Assembly (NCBI RefSeq): GCF_024700815.2
Contig: NZ_CP117013.1
Reading direction: 5' to 3' (one strand)
From: Escherichia coli
Lineage (GTDB): Bacteria > Pseudomonadota > Gammaproteobacteria > Enterobacterales > Enterobacteriaceae
DNA: 32,000 nucleotides
The notes beneath the pieces are model-generated. The model ran no database searches. It was given only the letters and a program-made list of their open reading frames with translations, and was not told the origin of the DNA. How positions within the stretch are numbered: the stretch's first letter is position 1; each line of letters begins with the position of its first letter. This document shows positions 19,987 to 29,561 of this stretch, in pieces. The position numbers and the translations under genes are program-made.

Positions 19987-21420
19987 TTATTTCTTCAATT
20001 CAGCCAGAACCTCTGCGTCCTCAGCATCAACATTTGCACCCAGTGGTTCCCAATTAATCAATACACAGGTCAGGAATCCCAGGAATGGCACGATTGCCAA
20101 CCAGTAAAACGCTTCAGTTTTCAACGCACCCCACAGCATCGGCCAGAAAATGAGTCCTGCAATTGCCCCTGTGCGCATAATAGCGCGGGCAAATCCGACC
20201 CCAGTAGGGCGAATAGCGGGAGGATAAGAGAGTGTGGCAATGGTCATGCCCAGCCCACCAGGACCCGCTGAATGGAAGAAAATAATTGATCCCAATAACC
20301 CTAAAGACAGCCAGGGATTAGTCGTTGCCAGTGCGCCTAACGACAGCAATGCTAAGGTCACAACAGCAAATCCATACATCGACTGTCGGCGAGTACCCAG
20401 TCGTTGGAGAATAAACGAGCCGATCATCCCACCAGTCACCCCACAAAGGGCATTTACGACAGCAGAACCGGTCAACGCGCCAGTAAGCCCTCCGCTTATT
20501 ATTCCCGCCAACGTAAGAGGAAGATAAACGCCTACGGCGTTATATTGCCACGCCTGCATGGTTGCCACGACACAGCCAAGGATGGTGCGTTTGCGGTAAC
20601 GATCATTAAATAAGATGCCATATCCACCACTGTATTTATTCTCTGCTTTTTCCGAGAGTTTCGCTTCTGTTGTACCCGATGCCGCAACGCGAGCCTGAAC
20701 ACCATAACGTTTTCCCAGAATGTCGCACGCTTCCTGGTAACGCCCGACGCGTGCGGCCCACATTGCGGATTCACCAATAAAGAAGTAACGCAAAATCATG
20801 AAGATGACTGCAAAAATAGCTCCGATGAATATTCCGTAACGCCACAATTGTTCTTCAGCGATACCCGACAGAAGCAGCGGCAAAAGCACCAAATAAACAA
20901 CGGTTGTCGAAACATACCAGGCCATTTGCCAGAGGTTGACCGACGTTCCGGTTTTCTTCGACGTTGAACCACGAAGCTCTGCCACGGCATTGGTTGCCAA
21001 AGGGAAGTCGATGCCTAAACCAAAGCCCATGATGACGCGGCACACCAGAACCCACCAGATACTGGGAGCAATAGCTACCGCTGCAGCACCGATGGTGCAC
21101 AGCCCCATGCCAATAATAAATGCCCGCTTTTGCCCAAAGCGGTTTATTACTCGGTTCGCTAATAAACCGCCAATTAACGCGGCGATTAATACTGACGCAT
21201 TGACGGTTGCAGCAAGACCCGGAGAAATGCCGAATTGAGCGGCAATGTATTTATTACCAAACCCCACCATCGCCGCCTGGTAGGCATCAATCAATATGCC
21301 GCCCAAAGCAATAAAAATAACGCCGATACTGGTGTTGATTGCAGAGTTCTTATTAACAATATCAATTACGTCTTGTGGCCGACTAATTGAATAAGTTGCA
21401 GGACTGGTGATTTGACTCAT
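19987..21420 (-). CDS. MFS transporter, sugar-porter/YaaU-YdjK-like
   Basis: 477 aa; NRFGQKRAFIIG, CRVIMGFGLGIDFPLATNAVAELRG. Confidence 0.8.
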   Translation of the reverse strand: MSQITSPATYSISRPQDVIDIVNKNSAINTSIGVIFIALGGILIDAYQAAMVGFGNKYIAAQFGISPGLAATVNASVLIAALIGGLLANRVINRFGQKRAFIIGMGLCTIGAAAVAIAPSIWWVLVCRVIMGFGLGIDFPLATNAVAELRGSTSKKTGTSVNLWQMAWYVSTTVVYLVLLPLLLSGIAEEQLWRYGIFIGAIFAVIFMILRYFFIGESAMWAARVGRYQEACDILGKRYGVQARVAASGTTEAKLSEKAENKYSGGYGILFNDRYRKRTILGCVVATMQAWQYNAVGVYLPLTLAGIISGGLTGALTGSAVVNALCGVTGGMIGSFILQRLGTRRQSMYGFAVVTLALLSLGALATTNPWLSLGLLGSIIFFHSAGPGGLGMTIATLSYPPAIRPTGVGFARAIMRTGAIAGLIFWPMLWGALKTEAFYWLAIVPFLGFLTCVLINWEPLGANVDAEDAEVLAELKK

Positions 21421-21489
21421 CGCAGTGTCCTTTTTAATTGTTGTAGGGTGGCGCTGACGTGACGCAGCGCCAGACAGAGATTTAGAAAA

Positions 21490-22500
21490 TCATTCCGGCG
21501 CAAATTGCAGCATGACCTTTATGGAGTCATTTTGCTGCGCGCGTTCGAATGCCGCCGCTGCATCCTCAATGGCAAATAAATCGGTAACCAGTTCACTGGT
21601 ATCAAACCGCCCATCCGCCAGCCATTCGATAACAGCATCGAAATCTTCAGGGATGTACATGCCAGAGTTGAGCAAGTCACGCTCGAAACGTTGCATCATC
21701 GGTAATGGTATTTCACGCGGCCCACTTGGTACGCCCATGCACACGACGGTGCCTCCGGCATATACACGGGTACATGCATCGTTAAGCGTGGCCTGCGCTG
21801 CAACGACATCAATCGCCCCCGTAAATCGCACATCTGCGGCCAGCTCACCTGGTGCCCAAACTTCTGCTGCGCCCAGCTTTAACGCCAGCGCGCGTTTGGC
21901 AGCGTCAGGTTCAATCACGGTAATCTTACCTGCCCCCATAATGCGCAGTGCCTGCACGATGGATAAGCCTATCGTTCCGGCACCAATCACCAGTACGCTT
22001 TCCAGAGAAGCTTTCGGCATTCGGTTAACGCAGTGACGAGCACAAGCCGCCGGTTCGGCAAAGGCCAACACTTTTAGCGGTAAAGAGGCTGGTGCGACAT
22101 GGCAATTACGCGCAGGAACAATGTGTTGTGAGCGAGCAAAGCCCGGTGCGCGAAAACCAGCAACCTGCGGTGGTTCACAAAGATTAAAACGTCCTGCTTT
22201 GCAGGCTCGGCATTCCATGCAAGCCATGATGGGATCGACCACAACATGATCGCCCGGCTGTACATTTTTAACGTCGCTGCCCACTTCCGTAACGCGCGCT
22301 GCAATTTCATGACCGGGGACGACAGGCGGTTTGGCAAACGGATGACCGCCTTTCAGAACATGCAGATCCGAACCGCATATCCCGTAGAACACGGGCGCAA
22401 TCCGTACTTCGTGCGGTTTAAGTTGCTGGTGTGGTACTTCAACATATTGAGTGGTGACTTTCCCAATATCTGAAAATAAAACCTGGGTAATTTTATCCAT
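21490..22500 (-). CDS. Zinc-dependent medium-chain alcohol/polyol dehydrogenase
   Basis: GICGSDLH and PGHE catalytic zinc ligands, CMECRACKAGRFNLC structural zinc, VIGAGTIGL Rossmann motif; 336 aa. Confidence 0.9.
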   Translation of the reverse strand: MDKITQVLFSDIGKVTTQYVEVPHQQLKPHEVRIAPVFYGICGSDLHVLKGGHPFAKPPVVPGHEIAARVTEVGSDVKNVQPGDHVVVDPIMACMECRACKAGRFNLCEPPQVAGFRAPGFARSQHIVPARNCHVAPASLPLKVLAFAEPAACARHCVNRMPKASLESVLVIGAGTIGLSIVQALRIMGAGKITVIEPDAAKRALALKLGAAEVWAPGELAADVRFTGAIDVVAAQATLNDACTRVYAGGTVVCMGVPSGPREIPLPMMQRFERDLLNSGMYIPEDFDAVIEWLADGRFDTSELVTDLFAIEDAAAAFERAQQNDSIKVMLQFAPE

Positions 22501-22532
22501 TGTTATTCTCCAGAATCGATATCCATAGGGGA

Positions 22533-23420
22533 TTAGCGTTGCGCGATACCTTCATCGACAATTTCAGCCAGCCGTTGCAAGCGTGGAACGGAGACATCGC
22601 GCAGCATAGTTTGTGGATCTTGTGCACCAACAACCGACGCCCAAACCGCTCGTCCAGCCAGGAAGCCCGACGCACCACCTTTCATGGCAATACTTACTGC
22701 ACGGCCAAAAATATCGGCATCAACGCCAGAAGAAAGAATTACCCACGGCATCTTCATCTGATCGTTAAGTTGCTGACAGGCGGCAAGTAAGTTTTTTTCA
22801 TCGCCTTTGCCCCCTAATGGCATCTCGGCTTTGTAAAGATCGGCCTCTGTTCCACCAAGCTCTGCGGCGGCGGCAACAATGGCGCTTTCACGATCAAAGT
22901 CCCAACCGCGACGAGGTGGACGCACCACAGGTTCAATAATGCTAACCAGCCCGGCACTACGGCAGCGACGAACAAATTTATCAACCATTGCCAGACGTTC
23001 CTCTGCGGGTTCATCTTCACGCCAGAGTACAAGTAATTTCATTGCCTTAGCCCCCATTTCACGGGCTTTATGCGGGTCGACGGACATATCTATTTCAACG
23101 CTATCAACCGGGATGCCATTACCTGGGATAAAAAGATCGGCAGCGACAATCAGGCCGCAAGAATTAGCAACAGCGCCCTGCTCGACTATTTGCTCAAGAC
23201 AAAATTGTTTATCCGCCAGAACGGCAGAAGCATAAGGTGTAAGGATTCGGGTCGCGGCAACTTTAAAATCGGTGAGTACACTGTCGGCGATGGGTTTTGG
23301 CTGCCCTGCTGCCGCAAACATCAGGCGCATGGCCTCACGCTGATCGACAGCTAACATGGCGAATCCACCACCTGGGCGGGAGATATCTTTCAGCGTAAAT
23401 GGGGTGAAGTGGGATGACAT
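22533..23420 (-). CDS. Class I aldolase of the YihT (sulfofructosephosphate aldolase) type
   Basis: [35 protein letters not shown] (candidate Schiff-base Lys), [28 protein letters not shown], very similar to recalled YihT. Confidence 0.88.
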   Translation of the reverse strand: MSSHFTPFTLKDISRPGGGFAMLAVDQREAMRLMFAAAGQPKPIADSVLTDFKVAATRILTPYASAVLADKQFCLEQIVEQGAVANSCGLIVAADLFIPGNGIPVDSVEIDMSVDPHKAREMGAKAMKLLVLWREDEPAEERLAMVDKFVRRCRSAGLVSIIEPVVRPPRRGWDFDRESAIVAAAAELGGTEADLYKAEMPLGGKGDEKNLLAACQQLNDQMKMPWVILSSGVDADIFGRAVSIAMKGGASGFLAGRAVWASVVGAQDPQTMLRDVSVPRLQRLAEIVDEGIAQR

Positions 23421-23444
23421 AGAAACTCCTGTTAATAGATAAAA

Positions 23445-24323
23445 TTAAAGACCAGCCTGCTGGCGAACCTGATTTAGCAGGGCACTCCAATCCTGCCGCC
23501 CTTTGCCGTCTTGACTTGCTGCGGCGTAATAACTTTCTGCTGCAATCCCCATATTGAGCGGTGCCCCCGTCTCCCGAGCGACGTCAACTGCAATACGCAG
23601 ATCTTTCAACGCCAGATCCACCATGAAGGCGGGTGAAAGATCGCCTTTCAGCACTTTGCCAGGCCAGGTGGTCGTAAAATGTCCTTTCCCTGCTGCCGTA
23701 CCACTCATCACCTTAATTGCGACATCAAGATTTAATCCCAGTGACTCACATAACACAGCGGCCTCGGAGGACAGCGCATTAAGCGCAATGCTCATATAGT
23801 TGTTAATTAGCTTCACGCGGATCCCCATTCCTGGGCCGCCAGCCTCGACCAGCTCATTACCCATGCACATGAGAATCGGGCGTGCACGTGCAATCTGCTC
23901 ATCAGTGCCACCCGCTAAAATCAGCAATGTGCCATCAATCGCATTCACGGACGTTCTGCCCACGGGAGCGTCCATCATACTGATGCCTTTTTCTTGTAAC
24001 TCCCGTATTAATGCATCGGTCTGTAAGGGATGAATAGTCGACATATCAATCAATAACGCGTCAGATGAAACAGCCTCACAGACGCCTTTTTCCCCCAACA
24101 GAACCTGTCGAACAATGTCACCATTGGGAAGCATAGTGATGATAAATTCAGCGCCTGCTGCTGCTTCCGCTGGGGTTTGTGCCGCAGTGGCCCCCTGCGT
24201 AACTAGCACATCGACGGCCTGTGCATTGACATCAAATACCTGCAATGAATGCCCTTTTTGCAATAGATTGTTAGCCATTGGGCTACCCATCTGCCCCAGC
24301 CCGAGAAATGCAATGGTTGCCAT
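23445..24323 (-). CDS. Beta-hydroxyacid dehydrogenase of the YihU (sulfolactaldehyde reductase) type
   Basis: [75 protein letters not shown]; GGAGAG upstream of ATG. Confidence 0.9.
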   Translation of the reverse strand: MATIAFLGLGQMGSPMANNLLQKGHSLQVFDVNAQAVDVLVTQGATAAQTPAEAAAGAEFIITMLPNGDIVRQVLLGEKGVCEAVSSDALLIDMSTIHPLQTDALIRELQEKGISMMDAPVGRTSVNAIDGTLLILAGGTDEQIARARPILMCMGNELVEAGGPGMGIRVKLINNYMSIALNALSSEAAVLCESLGLNLDVAIKVMSGTAAGKGHFTTTWPGKVLKGDLSPAFMVDLALKDLRIAVDVARETGAPLNMGIAAESYYAAASQDGKGRQDWSALLNQVRQQAGL

Positions 24324-24495
24324 GAATACTCTCCTGTCTGACATTGACAAAATAATGACAATTGAAAATTCGTTTTCGTCTGTTTTTGAGCATATTTGTA
24401 ATTTATGTTCAAAAACACGACACGCATCACTAATTTGATCATTTGTGTCATTTAAATTGACCAAAGACGACAAAATTAAACAGGACAAGACAAAT
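24324..24495. promoter_or_regulatory. Divergent control region between yihU-like and yihV-like genes with candidate DeoR-family operator
   Basis: TGTTTTTGAGCAT (24381-24393) and ATGTTCAAAAACA (24405-24417), inverted arms matching 12/13; intergenic position between divergent genes. Confidence 0.5.
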
Positions 24496-25392
24496 ATGAC
24501 CAGAATTGCATGCGTGGGTATCACAGTTCAGGACAGGATTTATTCTTTGCCCACTCTGCCGGAGGGCGGCGGGAAATATCAGGCAAATCATTATCTTGAG
24601 ATTGGTGGCGGCCCGGCAGCAACAGCCGCTGTTGCAATCGCAAAGCTTGGCGTGGAGGTTGATTTCATCGGTCGCGTCGGCGATGACAGTTGTGGAAATA
24701 CCTTACTTGCAGAACTTGAGGGTTGGGGCGTCAATACCGCATTTTGCCGCCGATATCCTAACGCCCGTTCGTCGCAATCAGCGATCCTCGTTGATCAGCA
24801 TGGCGAACGGATTATCGTTAATTATCCAAGTCCTGATCTCGGTACTGATGCCGAATGGTTAGAAGCGATCGATTTCTCTCGTTATGATCTGATTCTGGCC
24901 GATGTTCGCTGGCATAGCGGTACTGAAAAAGCATTCTCGCTAGCGCGCCTTGCGGGTGTGACAACGCTTTTAGACGCCGATATGACACCGCAGGATATTT
25001 CTCCACTTGTCGCGCTTGCCGATCACGCCGTGTTCTCAACACCAGGGCTGAAACGCATGACTGGCCTGCAGTCACCTGAAGAAGGTTTGTTCCAGGCAAC
25101 GACACAAACAGCAGGTAAAGTGTATGTTACGCTGGGTTCTGAAGGATCGTTGTGGATTGAAGATGGTCATTTGTGTCAACAGGAGGCATTTTCTGTCAAT
25201 GTGGTTGATACCACTGGAGCAGGCGATGTTTTTCACGGCGCACTCGCGGTAGCGTTGGCAGAAAAAATGCCAACAAAAGAGGCTATTCGTTTTGCCAGTG
25301 CGGTTGCCGCGATGAAATGTACCCAGCCTGGCGGTCGGGCCGGCATTCCTAATCGTGAGCAAACCGAATCATTTTTGTCACTTTATGCGTAA
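24496..25392 (+). CDS. PfkB-family sugar kinase of the YihV (sulfofructose kinase) type
   Basis: [75 protein letters not shown]; very similar to recalled YihV. Confidence 0.9.
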   Translation: MTRIACVGITVQDRIYSLPTLPEGGGKYQANHYLEIGGGPAATAAVAIAKLGVEVDFIGRVGDDSCGNTLLAELEGWGVNTAFCRRYPNARSSQSAILVDQHGERIIVNYPSPDLGTDAEWLEAIDFSRYDLILADVRWHSGTEKAFSLARLAGVTTLLDADMTPQDISPLVALADHAVFSTPGLKRMTGLQSPEEGLFQATTQTAGKVYVTLGSEGSLWIEDGHLCQQEAFSVNVVDTTGAGDVFHGALAVALAEKMPTKEAIRFASAVAAMKCTQPGGRAGIPNREQTESFLSLYA

Positions 25393-25431
25393 AATGGTAA
25401 ACATCTACCGAGGAGGGGCAAGGGAGTATTC

Positions 25432-26220
25432 ATGAGTATCATCGAAGTGACAGGTAATCCACGCCATGACCAACTCGTTCATCTAATCGCAGAACGCGGT
25501 TATATGAATATTGAAGAACTGGCACAACTGCTGGATGTTTCAACGCAAACCGTGCGCCGGGATATCCGAAAACTCAGTGAGCAGGGCTTGATCACCCGTC
25601 ATCATGGAGGGGCCGGGCGCGTCTCCAGCGTCATGAATACCGCTTTTGAGCAACGGGAACTATCGCTCACCGCCGAGAAACGGGCGATCGCTGAGGCAGT
25701 CGCCGATTACCTTCCCGAACGCTGTACCGTTTTTATCACCATCGGTACAACCGTAGAAGCCGTTGCCAGGGCATTACTCAACCGGCGTGATTTACGCATT
25801 ATCACTAACAGCCTACGTGTGGCACAGATTCTTTATAAGAATCAGGATATTGAAGTGATGGTGCCGGGAGGCACTTTACGCGCTCATAACGGCGGGATTA
25901 TCGGCCCAGGAGCCGTGGATTTTATTGAAGGCTTCCGCGCAGATTATTTAATCACCAGTATAGGTGCCATTGAACATGACGGCACCCTACTGGAATTTGA
26001 TGTAAATGAAGCGTTAGTCGCGAGAACGATGATTAAACATGCGCGGAATACATTGTTAGTGGCCGATCATACGAAGTTTGCCGCGTCTGCTGCCGTTTCA
26101 ATTGGCAATGCACGGAATGTCAGGGCTTTTTTTACTGATGCCCCGCCTCCCAATTCTTTCTGCCAGTTGTTAAGTGAAGAGAATGTTGAACTGGTGGTTG
26201 CCGAGCAAGAAGTATCCTGA
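25432..26220 (+). CDS. DeoR-family regulator of the YihW/CsqR type
   Basis: TGNPRHDQLVHLIAERGYMNIEELAQLLDVSTQTVRRDIRKLSEQGLITRHHGGAGR; very similar to recalled YihW. Confidence 0.88.
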   Translation: MSIIEVTGNPRHDQLVHLIAERGYMNIEELAQLLDVSTQTVRRDIRKLSEQGLITRHHGGAGRVSSVMNTAFEQRELSLTAEKRAIAEAVADYLPERCTVFITIGTTVEAVARALLNRRDLRIITNSLRVAQILYKNQDIEVMVPGGTLRAHNGGIIGPGAVDFIEGFRADYLITSIGAIEHDGTLLEFDVNEALVARTMIKHARNTLLVADHTKFAASAAVSIGNARNVRAFFTDAPPPNSFCQLLSEENVELVVAEQEVS

Positions 26221-26247
26221 AATTGAAACTTCGGTTGATACGGTTTT

Positions 26248-26276
26248 CGTTGGCCGGATTAAGCACATCCGGCCAC
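26248..26276. repeat. REP-like inverted repeat between convergent regulator and yihN
   Basis: GGCCGGAT taagcac ATCCGGCC. Confidence 0.7.
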
Positions 26277-26279
26277 TAA

Positions 26280-27545
26280 TTAAGCTTCAGCCGCCAGCAT
26301 CTCTTTCTTACGTTGGCTAATACGCTTAACCAGCATTACGGAAACCACCGCACCACAGAATGCGAAGCAGGCCATAATGCCAAACACGATTTTGTAGCCA
26401 ATAATCCCCGGATTTAAATCCAGAATGTAGCCATACAGACTGAAGCAGAACATCGCCGGGGCGTAACCAATAAAGCTACCCAACGCCATCGCCGCGCCTG
26501 TTTTATTTTCAGCAATTTTTGCTTCGCCGATAGGTGCAAAAAATACGGCTCGCTGTGTAAAGACTATCGCGCCAAAGCCCAGCGTACATGCCATCCCTAA
26601 ATAGACCGGCATACTTTCGTGCGGCAGCATAATCAACAGTACGAGCGCAGCGGTACTGATGATAAAGGTGTAGCATAGATATTTACTCGGCGATTTCAGG
26701 ATCTTATCTGAAATCATGCCACCAATCGGTCCACCAATCATTTTCAGACAGTATTGGTTAATGATGCCGTAAGCCCCCACCAGCGCAACGGGCAATAGAT
26801 AGATGTTTTTCAGGAATGGAATGAAGAATGTCAGGCCACAGTAAACCGCATAAACGAAGAAGACGTTGAAAGCGATAAGCCAGATAGTTTTGTCTTTCAG
26901 CACCGAGGTCATACTGGTGTTTTTCGATGCTCCGTCTTCTTTTTTCACCTCAACGGACGGTGCCTCTTCTTTGTCATTCAGAACAAAGAAAATGATAATG
27001 CCTACGGCAATCACAATAAGGGAATAGAACCAGATGCCTGCTTTAAAACCCAATAAGCCACTGCCAAACCAGGTAAATACTGCCAACGCAGAAAATGCCA
27101 CCACGGTATCGACAATGCCACGCCCTGTTTCGAAGAAGCCAAACAACCGACCTTGTTGTTCGCTATTGCCCAATCGACTTACCGACTTGAGCAAGACCGG
27201 CCAGTTCATCATGTCGCAAGTAACGCCAAATAGCGCCCAGACAAAGAGGATGCCCCAATACCCCGGCATTGTCGTCAAATAAACACCCAGTAATCCTGTC
27301 GCAATGAGTGAGAATGACATGGTGTATCTGCGCGGTAGTTTATCGGCAAAATAAATAGACAGAAAAAAACCCACTGTCGTGACAAATGAGTTTACTGACA
27401 TAGCATTACCAATTTGACCATTGGTCAAATGGAAATATTCCTGCATCGGGATATAAAACGCATCTTTCAGCGACGGTAATTTATAAATTGTACCGCCACA
27501 CAATGTTAATAGACTAAATAACGCCCATTTCTTTTTCGTGAGCAT
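26280..27545 (-). CDS. yihN: MFS transporter YihN
   Basis: 421 aa, recalled YihN sequence and neighbourhood. Confidence 0.93.
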   Translation of the reverse strand: MLTKKKWALFSLLTLCGGTIYKLPSLKDAFYIPMQEYFHLTNGQIGNAMSVNSFVTTVGFFLSIYFADKLPRRYTMSFSLIATGLLGVYLTTMPGYWGILFVWALFGVTCDMMNWPVLLKSVSRLGNSEQQGRLFGFFETGRGIVDTVVAFSALAVFTWFGSGLLGFKAGIWFYSLIVIAVGIIIFFVLNDKEEAPSVEVKKEDGASKNTSMTSVLKDKTIWLIAFNVFFVYAVYCGLTFFIPFLKNIYLLPVALVGAYGIINQYCLKMIGGPIGGMISDKILKSPSKYLCYTFIISTAALVLLIMLPHESMPVYLGMACTLGFGAIVFTQRAVFFAPIGEAKIAENKTGAAMALGSFIGYAPAMFCFSLYGYILDLNPGIIGYKIVFGIMACFAFCGAVVSVMLVKRISQRKKEMLAAEA

Positions 27546-27646
27546 AACATCCCCTAAGCGATTTTTAAAATCACTGTTTTAAAGGCAATAAGATACCGAC
27601 CATTCATATGGAATGGTTTTATTAACTGCGTATGAGTTAAAACTTA

Positions 27647-28627
27647 TTAGTGGTTCAGAAGATGGTTTGCCTCTTGTTTGATTTGTTGTAGTACGTTACG
27701 CACATGATTTATCTGATTAATTGCATCTTCTTTTTCTTTACGTAACCGCGCATCCAGTAAATGATTTTCTGGCAATGGTGTTTCACTCATCTGGCGATAA
27801 GGGATCCACGGATTATCATCTTCGTCTTCAAAGCGGAACGCCGGCGCATAGTAATCAACCTCTTCTTCCAGGCCATATGCCGTCACCTGCGGCTCATCAT
27901 CACCCAGGCATATAAGGTGCGTTAATAACGCTTTGAACGGCATATCACCCTGACCTGAAATACAGGCTTTATGACCCAGGCCACCCTCTTCTTTAACGAT
28001 CAAGGCATCTTTGATATGGACCTGGGTAATATGCGGTGCCATCGTTTTTAAAGCGTCGATGGGATGCTCATTTGCATTGATCATGTTCGCAAAATCAAAC
28101 AGTAAGGAAAGAGATTCCATCTCACTTTCTTTGACCAGCGACACCAGCTCATGGCTTTTTAAATCTTCATGCTGTTCGATCGTAAAAGTCAGGCCGCTGT
28201 CCTGATACGTTTCCCGTACATAGGCAATGTCGTTAGCGATGATCGATAATACGTCGCGCAAATTACCTTCATAACGTGGATAAAAACGTACGGACGATGC
28301 CCCAGTTTTCAACGCAATGGCGACGGCTTCGTCAATAGATGCCTTATCTGAAGCGCTGGTTTCAATATGAATATCAAGGTTCAGACGGCGGGCTTTATCC
28401 CCAAAGGCAGAGAGTTCTTTATCGTCCATATTACCAAGAGAAAAACGCTCGCCATCCAGAACATGGATTTTGACGCCACGTAGATTATTTTCACTTGCGA
28501 TATCAAGTAAATCAGCAGGCAACACTCTTTCCAGCCGCATATTTAAATGAAAGGCATAAGCATGTAAATAAAGAGGAAGAGTGTCGACACGTTGTAGAAT
28601 CTTTCTTGCGTTATTTATTGTCACCAT
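27647..28627 (-). CDS. yihM: YihM, TIM-barrel (sugar isomerase-like) protein
   Basis: 326 aa, position between yihN and yihL. Confidence 0.93.
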   Translation of the reverse strand: MVTINNARKILQRVDTLPLYLHAYAFHLNMRLERVLPADLLDIASENNLRGVKIHVLDGERFSLGNMDDKELSAFGDKARRLNLDIHIETSASDKASIDEAVAIALKTGASSVRFYPRYEGNLRDVLSIIANDIAYVRETYQDSGLTFTIEQHEDLKSHELVSLVKESEMESLSLLFDFANMINANEHPIDALKTMAPHITQVHIKDALIVKEEGGLGHKACISGQGDMPFKALLTHLICLGDDEPQVTAYGLEEEVDYYAPAFRFEDEDDNPWIPYRQMSETPLPENHLLDARLRKEKEDAINQINHVRNVLQQIKQEANHLLNH

Positions 28628-28634
28628 AAAACAC

Positions 28635-29345
28635 CTACAGATTAATGATGAGGTCTACGGCCTCAAATCGCCAATATTCAATATCTATCTGGACAATATT
28701 GCCTTGCTGGTCGGCGCGATGCTTTTCAATTAAGATCGCTGGCATACCCGCAGAACCGCCAAGATACTTGCTGATATCGCCCGGCATTCTGACGGGTTTG
28801 AAAATCAATTTTTTTACTACCGTCTCTTTTTGGTAGCACTTTTCCCAGACTGCAGAAAATGAGTGGTTTTCAAGTTGTTCAATAAAACCCGGAGCAACTT
28901 CAGGATTAATATATGTTTCGTGATAGAAAACTTTATGTCCTTCCAGCGCCCCCCAGCCGGTGATGCGATAGAGTTCAGTTGATGGTGTCACTGCAATCAG
29001 TGGCGCGAGCGTCTCGGGAATATCGCTGGTACGGTTTTTCTCGGTAAACCCCCAGGAAGGTTCTCGTCCTTGCTCAATTGCGGCCCGCTGAAAGCTCGCC
29101 GACAGCTCCGGACTGTAATTAAATCGCGGCTGGGTCACGAACCACCCCTTACGATCCTTACGGAAGATTTTGGATTCTGCCTCGAGGTTCAACAACGCCT
29201 GGCGCAGCGTCATACGTTTAATGCCCAGCAGTTCTCCCAGCTCTCTTTCTGAAGGGAGTTTTCCACCCGGCGTGGTGATGCCATCTTTCAACCACCGATC
29301 CAGTTTATCTTTTGCATTTTCTACGGTGGATTGATTCTCCGCCAT
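28635..29345 (-). CDS. yihL: GntR/UTRA family regulator YihL
   Basis: KLPSERELGELLGIKRMTLRQALLNLEAE winged HTH. Confidence 0.94.
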   Translation of the reverse strand: MAENQSTVENAKDKLDRWLKDGITTPGGKLPSERELGELLGIKRMTLRQALLNLEAESKIFRKDRKGWFVTQPRFNYSPELSASFQRAAIEQGREPSWGFTEKNRTSDIPETLAPLIAVTPSTELYRITGWGALEGHKVFYHETYINPEVAPGFIEQLENHSFSAVWEKCYQKETVVKKLIFKPVRMPGDISKYLGGSAGMPAILIEKHRADQQGNIVQIDIEYWRFEAVDLIINL

Positions 29346-29561
29346 TGTTTAATCCTTTTGGTTTAAACCAGATGAAGCATCTTACGCTTACGCCAAAAAA
29401 GAAAGCAATTAACGGTGTATGACTTTGCAGATAATTGTGACAAAGCTCTCTATTGACGTAATCACAGACTTATAAGGGAGATACTCGCATTGGTGTGCGC
29501 TCACGACAGGTAAAAAAAAACCTGCCAGCGATGGCAGGTTTTTTATAACTAAAAAACGAAA

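Noticed and set aside
23445-24524. Long 359-aa version of the YihU-like ORF
   Set aside because: The first 67 residues come from the AT-rich divergent intergenic region; family N-terminus [15 protein letters not shown] with a good SD starts at 24323.
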